The notes under the pieces were generated by a model that was given only the letters and a program-made list of their open reading frames with translations, was not told the origin of the DNA and did no database searches. From positions 36,622 to 100,621 of the forward strand of contig CAYOCV010000012.1 of the NCBI GenBank assembly GCA_964402645.1: 64,000 nucleotides of DNA, written 5' to 3'. Shown here in pieces: positions 1-9,445 of the stretch (within the stretch, counting starts at the first letter, position 1; every line of letters begins with the position of its first letter). The DNA is from an uncultured Desulfovibrio sp. Its GTDB lineage: Bacteria; Desulfobacterota; Desulfovibrionia; Desulfovibrionales; Desulfovibrionaceae. Position numbers and translations under genes: made by a program.

Positions 1-80
1 AGTTGGCCCGGCACACTCCTGCCGGGCATGGCCGCACGGCAACAGTGGCCTGCACGGGATGTTGGAACAAGCCGACCACG

Positions 81-1304
81 TTATGCCAGTTCCACGCGCA
101 CCCGCGTCCCCTCCGGCATGTCTGCACGCAGGGTATGCACCACCAGTTCCGGCACGCCGGACGGACGCGCGCCTTCCGTTCGGGCCGGGGCGGGGAGCGG
201 AGCGCGGACTGGCGCACTGATTGGGGCACGAACAGGGGACAGAGTCAGCCGGGTGACCTGCCCGGTGAACACGGCCCGCGTGACCACGGCGGGGCCGTCC
301 GGATCGGGGGTGGCTGCCAGCCCTTCGGGACGCAGGGCCAACGGGGCGCAGTCGTCGCCGCCGCCGCACAGGCAGCCGCCCGGCAGGGGCAGCCCAAAGG
401 CCGTGCAGGCCGGGCCGTCCAGCACGTTGACCGGCCCCATGAAGCGCGCCACCTCCAGCGATGCGGGCCGTCCGTACAGTTCCGCCGGTGTGCCGAACTG
501 GGCCAGACGCCCGTGCAGCATGACCCCGATGCGGTCGGACACGGCGAACGCCTCTTCCAGGTCGTGGGTAACGCTGAGCGTGGTCACCCCGTAGCGGCGC
601 ACCGTGTCGCGCACGTAGGCAGCCATCTCCAGACGCAGGGTGCGGTCCAGGTTGGCGAAGGGTTCGTCCAGCAGCAGCAGGGCCGGGTTGCACACCAGCG
701 CCCGCGCCAGGGCCACCCGCTGGCGCTGTCCGGCGGAAAGGTGGGCCGGGTAGCGGTGGGCCAGTTCGCCTATGGCGAAATCGGCCAGAATGTCACCTGT
801 CCGCGCCATGCGCTGGCGGCGGTCCATGCCGCGCGCACGCAGGCCGAAGGCCACGTTGTCGCGCACGGTCAGGTGCGGAAACAGCAGATAGTCCTGAAAC
901 ACCAGGATCACCGCATCATCGTGCCCGGCGGGAGGGGTGACGGCAAAGCTGCCCGCAGCATACGGATGCAGCCCGGCCAGCACCCGCAGCAGGGTGGTTT
1001 TTCCCACGCCGGACGGCCCCACAAGGCAGGCCATCTCGCCCTGCGCCAGATGGAAGCTGACCCCGCTGAACACCGGGCTTGCCTGCGCGGGATGCCCGTC
1101 CCCGGCGCTGTCCGCCGACGCGGCACGCCCCCTTCGCTTTCCGGAGACGAAGCCCACAGCCCGGCCCACGGCAGCGGCCACCAACCCCGCGCCGCCGGGC
1201 GCGTCACTGCCCTCGCGGGCCGGGCATGCCGCCTGCGGCCCGGCGCATCCGGTGGCCGCACCCTCTCCGTACGAGGCGCACAGCCCCTCTACCGCAAGAA
1301 CCAT
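81..1304 (-). CDS. ABC transporter ATP-binding protein (PotA/CysA/FbpC-like) with a low-complexity insertion ahead of Walker A
   Basis: ORF 81..1457(-). Walker A GPSGVGKTT, signature LSAGQRQRVALARAL, Walker B LLLDEPFANLD and H-loop VTHD are present. The start was moved to MVLAVEGL (1304), a typical ABC N-terminus. About 60 aa of Ala/Gly/Arg-rich sequence lie between strand 1 and Walker A. Confidence 0.85.
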   Translation of the reverse strand: MVLAVEGLCASYGEGAATGCAGPQAACPAREGSDAPGGAGLVAAAVGRAVGFVSGKRRGRAASADSAGDGHPAQASPVFSGVSFHLAQGEMACLVGPSGVGKTTLLRVLAGLHPYAAGSFAVTPPAGHDDAVILVFQDYLLFPHLTVRDNVAFGLRARGMDRRQRMARTGDILADFAIGELAHRYPAHLSAGQRQRVALARALVCNPALLLLDEPFANLDRTLRLEMAAYVRDTVRRYGVTTLSVTHDLEEAFAVSDRIGVMLHGRLAQFGTPAELYGRPASLEVARFMGPVNVLDGPACTAFGLPLPGGCLCGGGDDCAPLALRPEGLAATPDPDGPAVVTRAVFTGQVTRLTLSPVRAPISAPVRAPLPAPARTEGARPSGVPELVVHTLRADMPEGTRVRVELA

Positions 1305-2680
1305 GCGATGTTCCCCAGATAGCGTTCGATGGTCCGAAAGGTGTCGGCATGGGCCAACGCGCGCCCGCCGCCCGCGTATTCGTGCCAGGCCATCAGACAC
1401 CATGACAGGCCGCGCAACAGCACGGCGCGCACCATGACATCGGCCTTTGTCGCGCATTCTTCCGTAGTCGGCACGGGTTGGTCCACATCGCGCAGGGCTG
1501 TCCGGTAGGCCTCCAGAAAGGCCGCACGCGAGGCCGCGTCAAAGGTGAAATCGGTCTTCCACAAGGTGGTGGTGGGCGCAAGAAAGTGGCCCAGGTCCTG
1601 ATAGCGGGTGGTGACCACCGCCTTTTCCCAGTCCACCAGCCATGCGCCGCAGGGCGCGGCGAAGCCCGCAGCGCCGGACGTTGCCGCGCCATCGCCTTCG
1701 GGTACCAGAAAGTTGCCGGAATTGACCTCGGTATTGGCGATGACCTGGGCCTCGCCCGCGAACAGATGGCGGGTATCCCCGGCCAGGCGGGCCACCCGGT
1801 CGCGGTATCCCAGCAGCGCATGGCGGGCGTGGATCATGCGCGGGGCCAGCGGATGATCGGCGTGCCGGTCCAGCAGGGCCGAGCTTTCCGCCACGATGGC
1901 CGCCAGCGGATCGGGCTGGGCCACCAGCACGCCGGGCGACAATACATGCGGCACGGGACCGGGCGGGGGCAGTTGCACGGACGGCGACACGGGGGCCGCA
2001 TGCACTGCGGCGAACACCCGTGCGGCGTGAAGGGCGTCGGTGCGATAGTCCAGCGGGCGGCCGGGCAGCCACTGCATCAGCAGCGCGCCGCCGGACATGG
2101 CGCAGGAGGCGTCCGGGCCGTCAGCCACATCCCCGCCTGGCGCGCCAGTGACAGGCGCGTCGCCATCAGGCGCATCTCCGCCGGGCAGCACCGCAGGGGC
2201 CAATGCCAGCGGGCGCGGGGTGGCCCCGCAGCGGGCCAGGGCGTGCAGCACCCGGTACTCGTAGGAAATCTGGTCGGCCAGCCCCAGTTGGCTGCCCGCC
2301 GCGCCGCCCCGGTTGATGCGCAGCACCACCGGCCCGGCCTTGGCGCGCACCTGCCAGTTTTCGTGGTATTCCCCGGCGGCCAGAAAGGAGATGTCCGCTG
2401 CGGACACGGGCGCGCCCAGCGCGGCGGCCCAGGCGCGGGGCGTGGCCGCGTCCGCTTCGTCAGGCCAGCTCGGCTCGTTCCGACCATTCGGCCCGTGCGG
2501 GGAGTGAGGAGAATGAGGGGCGTGCGGAACATCGGGGGCGCCGGGCAACATGCCAGGCAAAATATCAGACGAAACGCCGGACAAACCGCACGGGGGCGCG
2601 CCCGTGGCCGCCGTGCGCCCCGCATCCGGCTGTCGGGCCATGCGCCCGAGAAATTCCGCGATCATGGCCGTTGTATGCAC
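1289..2680 (-). CDS. Phosphotransferase-family protein (APH / choline-ethanolamine kinase fold)
   Basis: ORF 1289..2680(-). It has a kinase-like N-lobe (YHENWQVRAKAGPVVLRINRG), a catalytic-loop-like NSGNFLV and a LVDWEKA motif. The N-terminus is His/Pro-rich and low in complexity. The stop overlaps the downstream ABC ATPase start by 16 nt. Confidence 0.7.
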   Translation of the reverse strand: MHTTAMIAEFLGRMARQPDAGRTAATGAPPCGLSGVSSDILPGMLPGAPDVPHAPHSPHSPHGPNGRNEPSWPDEADAATPRAWAAALGAPVSAADISFLAAGEYHENWQVRAKAGPVVLRINRGGAAGSQLGLADQISYEYRVLHALARCGATPRPLALAPAVLPGGDAPDGDAPVTGAPGGDVADGPDASCAMSGGALLMQWLPGRPLDYRTDALHAARVFAAVHAAPVSPSVQLPPPGPVPHVLSPGVLVAQPDPLAAIVAESSALLDRHADHPLAPRMIHARHALLGYRDRVARLAGDTRHLFAGEAQVIANTEVNSGNFLVPEGDGAATSGAAGFAAPCGAWLVDWEKAVVTTRYQDLGHFLAPTTTLWKTDFTFDAASRAAFLEAYRTALRDVDQPVPTTEECATKADVMVRAVLLRGLSWCLMAWHEYAGGGRALAHADTFRTIERYLGNIAWFLR

Positions 2681-3027
2681 GTTCGCCTCCCGTATAGCGC
2701 CCAGCCATAGCAGGAAGCAGCCAACCCCTCAACGCACGCCGCGCCGCCCCCCATCCCGACCCGACATGCGTCAAGGGGTTGGAAAGCGCGAGCAAATGGG
2801 GTAGGGCTGAATTCTCGTCCGGGTTCCATGCGGACGAAGCTCCGGCAACCCATGGCGGCGCCCACGGCGGCGCATGAACCGTGTCGGCTGTTCGGCATGT
2901 GCCGTTCCGCCCCACGGCGGTTTTCTGCGGCGTTTCGCCCGGCGCCGCGCGCCCGCGCAGCCCGTGCGTGCCGCGACGAACCCAGCAACCACCGCCCTTC
3001 CCGCTCGCCCCGGAAGAGAGCAGCACG

Positions 3028-3369
3028 ATGACCCCCAACGACAGACAAAAACTCCGGGAACGGATCGTCGCCGATCTTGCCCGCATCGCGCAGGACATCG
3101 AGGCCCTGAAGGAACTGACCAAGCCGGTCCCCCCCGGCGCGGACGGCATGGACGAGGTGTCGCGCATGGACGCCATCCAGAACAAGAGCGTCAACGAGGC
3201 CGCCCTGGCCCAGTTGCGCAACCGCCAGGTGGGTCTGGAATACGCCCTGAAGCGCATCGACGAGGACGACCCCGACTTTGGCTTCTGTGTCGAATGCGGC
3301 GACCCCATTCCGCTGGCCCGGCTGATGGCCATGCCGGAAGCCAGCCGCTGCGTGAACTGCGCCGACTGA
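3028..3369 (+). CDS. TraR/DksA-family C4 zinc-finger protein
   Basis: C-terminal CVECGDPIPLARLMAMPEASRCVNC (CxxC-N17-CxxC) follows a coiled-coil region. ATG at 3028 is preceded by GGAAGAGAG. The longer 2881 start was rejected. Confidence 0.85.
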   Translation: MTPNDRQKLRERIVADLARIAQDIEALKELTKPVPPGADGMDEVSRMDAIQNKSVNEAALAQLRNRQVGLEYALKRIDEDDPDFGFCVECGDPIPLARLMAMPEASRCVNCAD

Positions 3370-3560
3370 CCCCGCCCCGCCTTTGTTTTGCCGCGCGCTC
3401 CGCACCGGGGTGCGCCACCGGGTTCAGAGTGACGCGCGCCGGAACCGGCTTCCGGCCCGCCGCCCGCCCGATCCGGCCCGACCGGCCCTGCTTCGCGGCT
3501 GTCCCGCCGTTACCGGACAGACGCGCGGGATGCCCGACGGGTCACCCACAGGGACGCCGC

Positions 3561-5591
3561 ATGCCGCACCCATCCCTTGCCCTTGCCTGGCAGCGCCTGC
3601 CGCTGTGGCTGCGCATCCGCCTTGCGCACGGCAGCGTGGGGTCCGTCCATCGGCTGCGTTGCGCCGCTGACGCCATCACCCGATCGCAATCCCCCTCCGC
3701 CGCGCCGGACGCCCCTTTCGGGCGTGCCGACCATGCCGGGCGCGACACCCTGCTGCGCACGGGCCGCGAACTGCTGCTGGCCGCATGGGAAGACGACCCC
3801 TGCAACGGCCAGTTGGCCGGGCAGGTGCTGTTGCTGCACCAGCGCATGTCCGGGCGTTCGCCCTGGCTGCATCCCGCGCTGGCCGCGCTTCTGGCCGCCA
3901 TACACGAGGCCTGGCGGCGGCCCGCCGACCTTGCCCGCTACGAACGGCTGGCTGCCCAGGCCGACTGGGTGCGCCTGCAACGCCACGTGGACGCCGAGCG
4001 CGAACGCGACCCCGCCAATCTGTTCTGGGTGCAGCAGGCCGTGGCCGTGGGCGAACTGGCGGCGGACCTGGACTGGCTGGGCGAGCATCTGGACAGGGCC
4101 AAGGCCCTGCTTGCCCCGATCTCCTTATCTGTCTCATCCGGTGCATCTGGCACATGTGGCCCCTGTGGTTCTGTCGGGACAGCCCCGCTTGCCCCGCTCT
4201 TCGCCCACCTTTCCGGCTGCCTCGCCGCCAACCGCGCCTCCGGTCAGGAAGGACACGGGGATGACGCAGCCGCACGCCTGCATGCCGCCGCGCTGGCCCA
4301 TTTCCGCGCCGCCGCGCTGGCCGTATCCGGCCTGCTGCCCGCCACGGGGTCCAGACAGCCGGACACCGCGCCCGGTTGCGGCTGCTGGCTGGCCCCGGTG
4401 GAGCTTGCGGGCCACTGCCTGACCCGCCTTGGCGACGCCCCCGCCGCCCTGCCCCTGTGGGACGCGGTGCTGGCCGCCCGGCCCTGGCACGTCAACCTTG
4501 CCCTGCGCGCCCACGACGTCTGGCGCGGCGTGGACGCGCCGGAAGCCGCCCCCGCCGGGTCCACCGCCGTGCTGCTCTATTCGTGGAACAAGGCGCAGGA
4601 ACTGGATACCGCCCTTGCCCATCTGGCCCCCGGCCTGCCGGACGTGACCCGCATCGCCCTGCTGGACAACGGCTCGACAGACGGCACGGGCGACGTGGTG
4701 CGCCGCTGGGCCGGTCAGTTCGGGGCGGACCGCTGCACCGCCGTGCATCTGCCGGTCAACGTGGGGGCCGCCGCCGCGCGCAACTGGCTGATGCGCCTGC
4801 CGGAAGTGGCCGCCTGCGATTTTGCCGCCTATCTGGATGACGACGCCGCCGTGCCGCCCGACTGGCTGCGCCGCATGGCCGGGGCGGTACGCCGCCAGCC
4901 GGATGCCGCCGCCTGGGGGGGCCGCACGCTGGACTGGCATGCCCCGTACATTGTCCAGTCCGCCGACCTGCACCTGACCGCGCACTTTCGCGCGCCGGAA
5001 GGCACCCCGTCGGACCTCGCCGCCTTTGCGGACGACACCCCGCCCCCGTCAGGTAATGATGCTGGTAATGATACGGGTAGCGAAGCAGACGGCGCGGCTG
5101 GCGGTCCCGCACGCGACGTGCTGTCGCCGGAGGTGGCCTTTGCCGCGTCCCGCGTGCATGCGCTGCCCTTTTCGGTCAGCGATCTGCACGCCCAGGTCAC
5201 GGACATGGGCCGCTTCGACTACCTGCGTCCGTGCATCTCGGTAACCGGATGCTGCCACATGTTCCGCACCGCCGAATTGCTGCAAAGCGGGGGTTTTTCC
5301 CTTTCGCTGTCACCCTCGCAGTACGACGATCTGGAGCACGACCTGCGCCGGGCGCGCGAGGGACACATGGCCTGCTACACCGGCTTTCTGCCCGTGCGCC
5401 ACATGAAGCGCAGCGGCAAGGCCGTGCGCATGGGCGCGGCGCAGTTCGGCAACGGCCTTGGCAACCGCTACAAGCTTTCGGGCATGTTCGATGCCGCCGA
5501 GGTGCTGGCCATGCGCCGCCGCGAATTCGAGGCGCTGGAACGCGATTTGCTCCGCAAGCTGGCGGCGCTGTCTGCGCATACGGGTTCCTGA
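3561..5591 (+). CDS. Helical-repeat (TPR-like) N-terminal domain fused to a family-2 glycosyltransferase domain
   Basis: C-terminal part of ORF 2874..5591. GT-A motifs: VLLYSWNK, LLDNGSTDGT, NVGAAAARNW and the DDD motif YLDDDA. The start was placed at MPHPSLALAW (3561), just after the dksA-like gene, and is uncertain. It is a paralog of 56984..58615. Confidence 0.7.
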   Translation: MPHPSLALAWQRLPLWLRIRLAHGSVGSVHRLRCAADAITRSQSPSAAPDAPFGRADHAGRDTLLRTGRELLLAAWEDDPCNGQLAGQVLLLHQRMSGRSPWLHPALAALLAAIHEAWRRPADLARYERLAAQADWVRLQRHVDAERERDPANLFWVQQAVAVGELAADLDWLGEHLDRAKALLAPISLSVSSGASGTCGPCGSVGTAPLAPLFAHLSGCLAANRASGQEGHGDDAAARLHAAALAHFRAAALAVSGLLPATGSRQPDTAPGCGCWLAPVELAGHCLTRLGDAPAALPLWDAVLAARPWHVNLALRAHDVWRGVDAPEAAPAGSTAVLLYSWNKAQELDTALAHLAPGLPDVTRIALLDNGSTDGTGDVVRRWAGQFGADRCTAVHLPVNVGAAAARNWLMRLPEVAACDFAAYLDDDAAVPPDWLRRMAGAVRRQPDAAAWGGRTLDWHAPYIVQSADLHLTAHFRAPEGTPSDLAAFADDTPPPSGNDAGNDTGSEADGAAGGPARDVLSPEVAFAASRVHALPFSVSDLHAQVTDMGRFDYLRPCISVTGCCHMFRTAELLQSGGFSLSLSPSQYDDLEHDLRRAREGHMACYTGFLPVRHMKRSGKAVRMGAAQFGNGLGNRYKLSGMFDAAEVLAMRRREFEALERDLLRKLAALSAHTGS

Positions 5592-5686
5592 CAGCGCCGG
5601 GCCGCAGTTGCACGCCTGCCTGTACTGCAGACCCCTTTTCGTTGCGTACCGCTTTTCCCGGTTGCCATCTTGAGGCAGAATGCACC

Positions 5687-6247
5687 ATGAAAACAGCAGA
5701 GTGCAGAACAGAACACGCCAGATACACCATCAAGCAAGCTGCACATACTCATATTCCACTGCTTAATGATATTGAACTGGCAGCCGCAACGATTTTCCCT
5801 GAGAATTCACTGCCCGAACATATTCTATCCGAAAAACTGCCGCTCGACATACTGCTGGCTGCAAAGGATCAGGGTATGCTTTGGGTGGCTGTTGACACTG
5901 ACGATTCACCCGTTGGGTATATTCTCTTGCAAATGGTGGATGGCCTTGCCCTTCTTGCGCAGGTTGACGTCCATCCGGATCACGCACGGAAAGGTATTGG
6001 AACAGCATTGGTTATCCACGGCATAGAGCAAATCAGGAAACGTGGATTTTCTGCATTGTATTTGACCACATTTTCCAACGTACAATGGAATGCTCCATTG
6101 TATAGAAAACTTGGATTTACGATTCTCACGAAAACTGAAATTCCAGCGCCAATCATCAGCATACTTCACGAGGAGTACGAGCGCGGGTTGAACAATCGCG
6201 TGGCGATGCGCCTGAAAATTTCTGACAAATTCAGCATTCGCACTTGA
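5687..6247 (+). CDS. GNAT-family N-acetyltransferase in a low-GC island
   Basis: C-terminal part of ORF 5231..6247. The acetyl-CoA motif is QVDVHPDHARKGIGTALV followed by LYRKLGF. Composition is visibly AT-richer than the flanks. Confidence 0.8.
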   Translation: MKTAECRTEHARYTIKQAAHTHIPLLNDIELAAATIFPENSLPEHILSEKLPLDILLAAKDQGMLWVAVDTDDSPVGYILLQMVDGLALLAQVDVHPDHARKGIGTALVIHGIEQIRKRGFSALYLTTFSNVQWNAPLYRKLGFTILTKTEIPAPIISILHEEYERGLNNRVAMRLKISDKFSIRT

Positions 6248-6700
6248 TCTGCCACAAGTCTATTGCCGACACGCACGACATGACACTCCGGATGCATGCG
6301 AAACAGTCCTGAAGACGTTCTTGGCGTGCATATGGACAAATCCTAGTTTGGAGTGGCGCCCGATCAGACCGCACACCTTGGCCAACCCAAGAGGCAGGGT
6401 CAGGTGCGTTTGCGAACCCTACGGCTGGGGCAATGCCCGAAGACTCGCGTAACGGCTGAACTTCCCCCCAAAAAACCTTCCGTTGTTTGCAGCCTGGTAT
6501 GCTTTGGGTATGGAGAGGAAAAGGGGTTCCAAGGGGCGACAGCTGCTCTGCGATCGCCACCCGCAAGGCTCGCAAGCTCGCCTGACTGCTGCCGTCCTTG
6601 GCCGCCGGAGGCTTTCCCAAAACCGCACGGTGATCAACCTGAGGTTGGTTCTGGTTGGCCAGCCCGGCCCGGTGTATCCGGCCAATCCGATCGCTTCCGA

Positions 6701-6770
6701 TCTCAACTGGTCACAACTGGTCGCATCCGGTCGCAACTGGTCGCAACTGGTCGCAGCCGGCACCATCCGG
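6701..6770. repeat. Tandem repeat with a 10-bp period (about 7 degenerate copies of TCGCAACTGG)
   Basis: Read directly: tctcaactgg tcacaactgg tcgcatccgg tcgcaactgg tcgcaactgg tcgcagccgg caccatccgg. It lies about 90 nt upstream of the 6856 start codon. Confidence 0.85.
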
Positions 6771-6855
6771 CAACCTTCCATCCGGACTACCGCGCCCCGT
6801 CACCGGGGCACACGGCAACCGCGCGGACCCACCGCGCGCATCACGCAGGACGCCC

Positions 6856-8223
6856 ATGCATGTCAAATACCTGATCATCGGCGCAGGCCCCACGGGCCTT
6901 GGCGCGGCCCACCGACTGGCGGAACTGGGCGAACGCTCCGTGCTGGTGCTGGAGCGCAACCCCCATGCCGGCGGGCTGGCCGCCAGCTTCCGCGATGCGG
7001 CGGGGTTCACCTGGGACATCGGCGGGCATGTGGTGTTTTCGCACTACGAATATTTCGACCGACTGGTGGAAAACCTGCTGGACGGGCAGTATCTGGAGCA
7101 CATGCGCATCGCGCGGGTACGCATTGCCGACCGCTGGGTGCCCTACCCCTTCCAGAACAACATCCGCCACCTGCCGCCGGACATGCAGTGGGAATGCGTG
7201 CAGGCCCTGCTGCCCGGCCGCAGGCCCGAACAGCACCCCACCAACTTTGCGGAATGGTTCGAGTATGTCTTTGGCGCGGGCATCGCCAAACACTTCATGC
7301 GGCCCTACAACTTCAAGGTCTGGGCCACCCCCGCCGAACTGATGAGCTATCAGTGGATCGGCGAGCGGGTCAGCGTCATCGACCTGGAAATGGTGCTGCG
7401 CAACCTGGTGTTGCAACAGGACAACGTGAGCTGGGGCCCCAACAACCTGTTCCGCTTTCCGCTGCACGGCGGCACCGGGGAGATTTTCACCCGGCTGGCT
7501 GCGCGCCTGGGCGACACGGTACGCCTGAACACCCCGGTGGCATCGGTCGACCCGGCAAACCGCACCGTACGCACGGGCGACGGCGAGACCATCACCTACG
7601 ATCACCTGCTGTCCACCGGCCCGCTGGACATCCTTATCCGCGACCAGATCGGCGCGGGGCCTGCCGCCGCCATGGTGGGCGATGACCTGCGCGCCGCCGC
7701 CGGGCAACTGGCCCGCAACGGGGTATACGTGGCTGGCGTGGGCGTGGACGGCATGCACGATGACGACACCTGCTGGATGTACTTTCCGGAATCCAACGCG
7801 CCCTTCTACCGCCTGACCAACTTCCACAACTACTCACCCAACAACGCGGCCCGTCCCGGCCATCAGCGCGCGCTGATGGCCGAAACCTCATGGTCGGACC
7901 ACAAGCCGGAGCAACTGGACACCCTGATGGACAAGACCATCGAGGGGCTTGTACACACCTCCATGCTCCACCCGGACGAAAAGGAGCGCATCGCCTCGCG
8001 GTGGTCCATTGCCGTGGACTACGGCTACCCGGTGCCCACCCTGGGGCGCGACGCCGCCCTGCGCACCCTCCAGCCGTGGCTGGAAGCGCACGGCATCTAT
8101 TCGCGCGGGCGCTTCGGCGGGTGGAAGTACGAGGCCGCCAACATGGACCATTCGGTCATGCAGGGCGTGGAATGGGCCGGGCGCATGGTGCTCGGCGAAA
8201 AGGAAACCACCTACAAGCTGTGA
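6856..8223 (+). CDS. FAD-dependent flavoenzyme resembling eukaryote-type UDP-galactopyranose mutase
   Basis: Rossmann motif IIGAGPTGLGAA. Blocks GGHVVFSHYEYFD, WVPYPFQNNI, FMRPYNFKVWA, WGPNNLFRFPLHGGTG, CWMYFPE..APFYRLTNFHNYSP and SRGRFGGWKYEAANMDHSVMQGVE match my recollection of fungal and kinetoplastid UGM. Start at MHVKYL (6856). Confidence 0.75.
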   Translation: MHVKYLIIGAGPTGLGAAHRLAELGERSVLVLERNPHAGGLAASFRDAAGFTWDIGGHVVFSHYEYFDRLVENLLDGQYLEHMRIARVRIADRWVPYPFQNNIRHLPPDMQWECVQALLPGRRPEQHPTNFAEWFEYVFGAGIAKHFMRPYNFKVWATPAELMSYQWIGERVSVIDLEMVLRNLVLQQDNVSWGPNNLFRFPLHGGTGEIFTRLAARLGDTVRLNTPVASVDPANRTVRTGDGETITYDHLLSTGPLDILIRDQIGAGPAAAMVGDDLRAAAGQLARNGVYVAGVGVDGMHDDDTCWMYFPESNAPFYRLTNFHNYSPNNAARPGHQRALMAETSWSDHKPEQLDTLMDKTIEGLVHTSMLHPDEKERIASRWSIAVDYGYPVPTLGRDAALRTLQPWLEAHGIYSRGRFGGWKYEAANMDHSVMQGVEWAGRMVLGEKETTYKL

Positions 8224-8260
8224 TGCGGCCGCCAGACCGGCGACCCGATTCGGGACCACC

Positions 8261-9331
8261 ATGAATGCACAACGCTACGAGGCGCGGCGCGAAGCACTGC
8301 GTGCCGCCATGCGCGAGAAAGGCCTGTCCGCCCTGCTGGTCAGCTACGCGGCCAACCGGTTCTATCTTTCCGGCTTCGAACTGCACGACGAGCAGTTGAA
8401 CGAGAGCGCCGGGTACCTGCTGGTCACCGCCGACGGCAACGACTGGTTGTGTACCGACCCCCGCTACCTCGACGCGGCCCGCCGCCTGTGGCCCGAAGAG
8501 CGCGTGTTCATCTATTCCGGCGATGCCGCCGGGCAACTGAACGCGCTGATCAAGGACAAGGTGCGCGGCACCGTGGGCTTCGAGGCGAAGACCACCACCC
8601 TGACCTTCTTCGACAAGTTTGCGCCCGGCCTTGCGCTGGAACGCGCCGACGGCATGGTTGAGGCGCTGCGCATCATCAAGGAGCCCGAAGAAATCGAGTT
8701 GATGCGCCGCTCCGCCGCGCTGAACCACCGGATGATGGAATGGCTGCCCTCTGTTCTGGCGTCTGGCCGCACCGAAAAGGAAATCGGCTGGGACATCGAG
8801 AAATACTTCCGCGAACACGGCGCCAGCGGCTTGTCGTTCCCGTGCATTGTGGCTGCGGGCGTTAACGGGTCCCTGCCCCACTACCGCGCGGGCAACGCCG
8901 TGCTGACCGAAAACTGCCCGATTCTGGTAGACGTGGGCGCGCGGCTGGACCTGTACTGCTCGGACCAGACCCGCACTTTCTGGGTGGGCGACAAGCCCGC
9001 CGACCACTACACCCGCGCACTGGAGCAGACCAAGGCCGCCCAGGCCGCCGCCATAAAGATCATGCGCCCCGGCCTGCCCGTGGCAGACGCCTACCGCGCC
9101 GCGCGCGCCCACTTCGAGGCACAGGGCGTGGCCGCGCAGTTCACCCATGCGCTGGGGCACGGCATCGGCCTGGAAACCCACGAGCCGCCCAGCCTGAACC
9201 CGCGCAACGAAATGATCCTGAAGCCCGGCATGACCGTGACCGTGGAACCCGGCCTGTACTACCCCGAATGGGGCGGCATCCGCTGGGAATACATGGTGCT
9301 GGTCACCGAGGACGGGGTGGAGATACTCTAG
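8261..9331 (+). CDS. M24-family Xaa-Pro aminopeptidase/dipeptidase
   Basis: It has a creatinase-like N-terminal domain (LLVSYAANRFYLSGF) and a pita-bread domain with metal ligands (DVGARLDLYCSDQTRT, HGIGLETHE, VEPG). Start at MNAQRYE (8261). Confidence 0.85.
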   Translation: MNAQRYEARREALRAAMREKGLSALLVSYAANRFYLSGFELHDEQLNESAGYLLVTADGNDWLCTDPRYLDAARRLWPEERVFIYSGDAAGQLNALIKDKVRGTVGFEAKTTTLTFFDKFAPGLALERADGMVEALRIIKEPEEIELMRRSAALNHRMMEWLPSVLASGRTEKEIGWDIEKYFREHGASGLSFPCIVAAGVNGSLPHYRAGNAVLTENCPILVDVGARLDLYCSDQTRTFWVGDKPADHYTRALEQTKAAQAAAIKIMRPGLPVADAYRAARAHFEAQGVAAQFTHALGHGIGLETHEPPSLNPRNEMILKPGMTVTVEPGLYYPEWGGIRWEYMVLVTEDGVEIL

Positions 9332-9366
9332 TCTCAGGACTGAATGTCCGCGCCACAACTACACGA

Positions 9367-9391
9367 AAAGGCCGCCCCAAGGGCGGCCTTT
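9367..9391. terminator. Hairpin between convergent genes (possible bidirectional terminator)
   Basis: aaaggccgccc-caa-gggcggccttt is a perfect 11-bp stem flanked by an A-run and a T-run. Confidence 0.65.
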
Positions 9392-9445
9392 CTTCATGCG
9401 CGTGGCGTGTGCATAGCTCGCACGCCACGCGCGCAGGGCCCGGTA

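Noticed and set aside
2874-3560. The 905-aa version of the GT2 ORF, starting at 2874 and overlapping the whole dksA-like gene.
   Set aside because: The 5' 230 codons are low complexity in a different frame over a well-supported zinc-finger gene. The start was moved to 3561.
5600-6855. A mobile element, or a mobile-element remnant, associated with the low-GC GNAT island (also considered at 21800..22400).
   Set aside because: I could identify no transposase, integrase, recombinase, tRNA target or terminal inverted or direct repeats. Only the compositional anomaly is reported.
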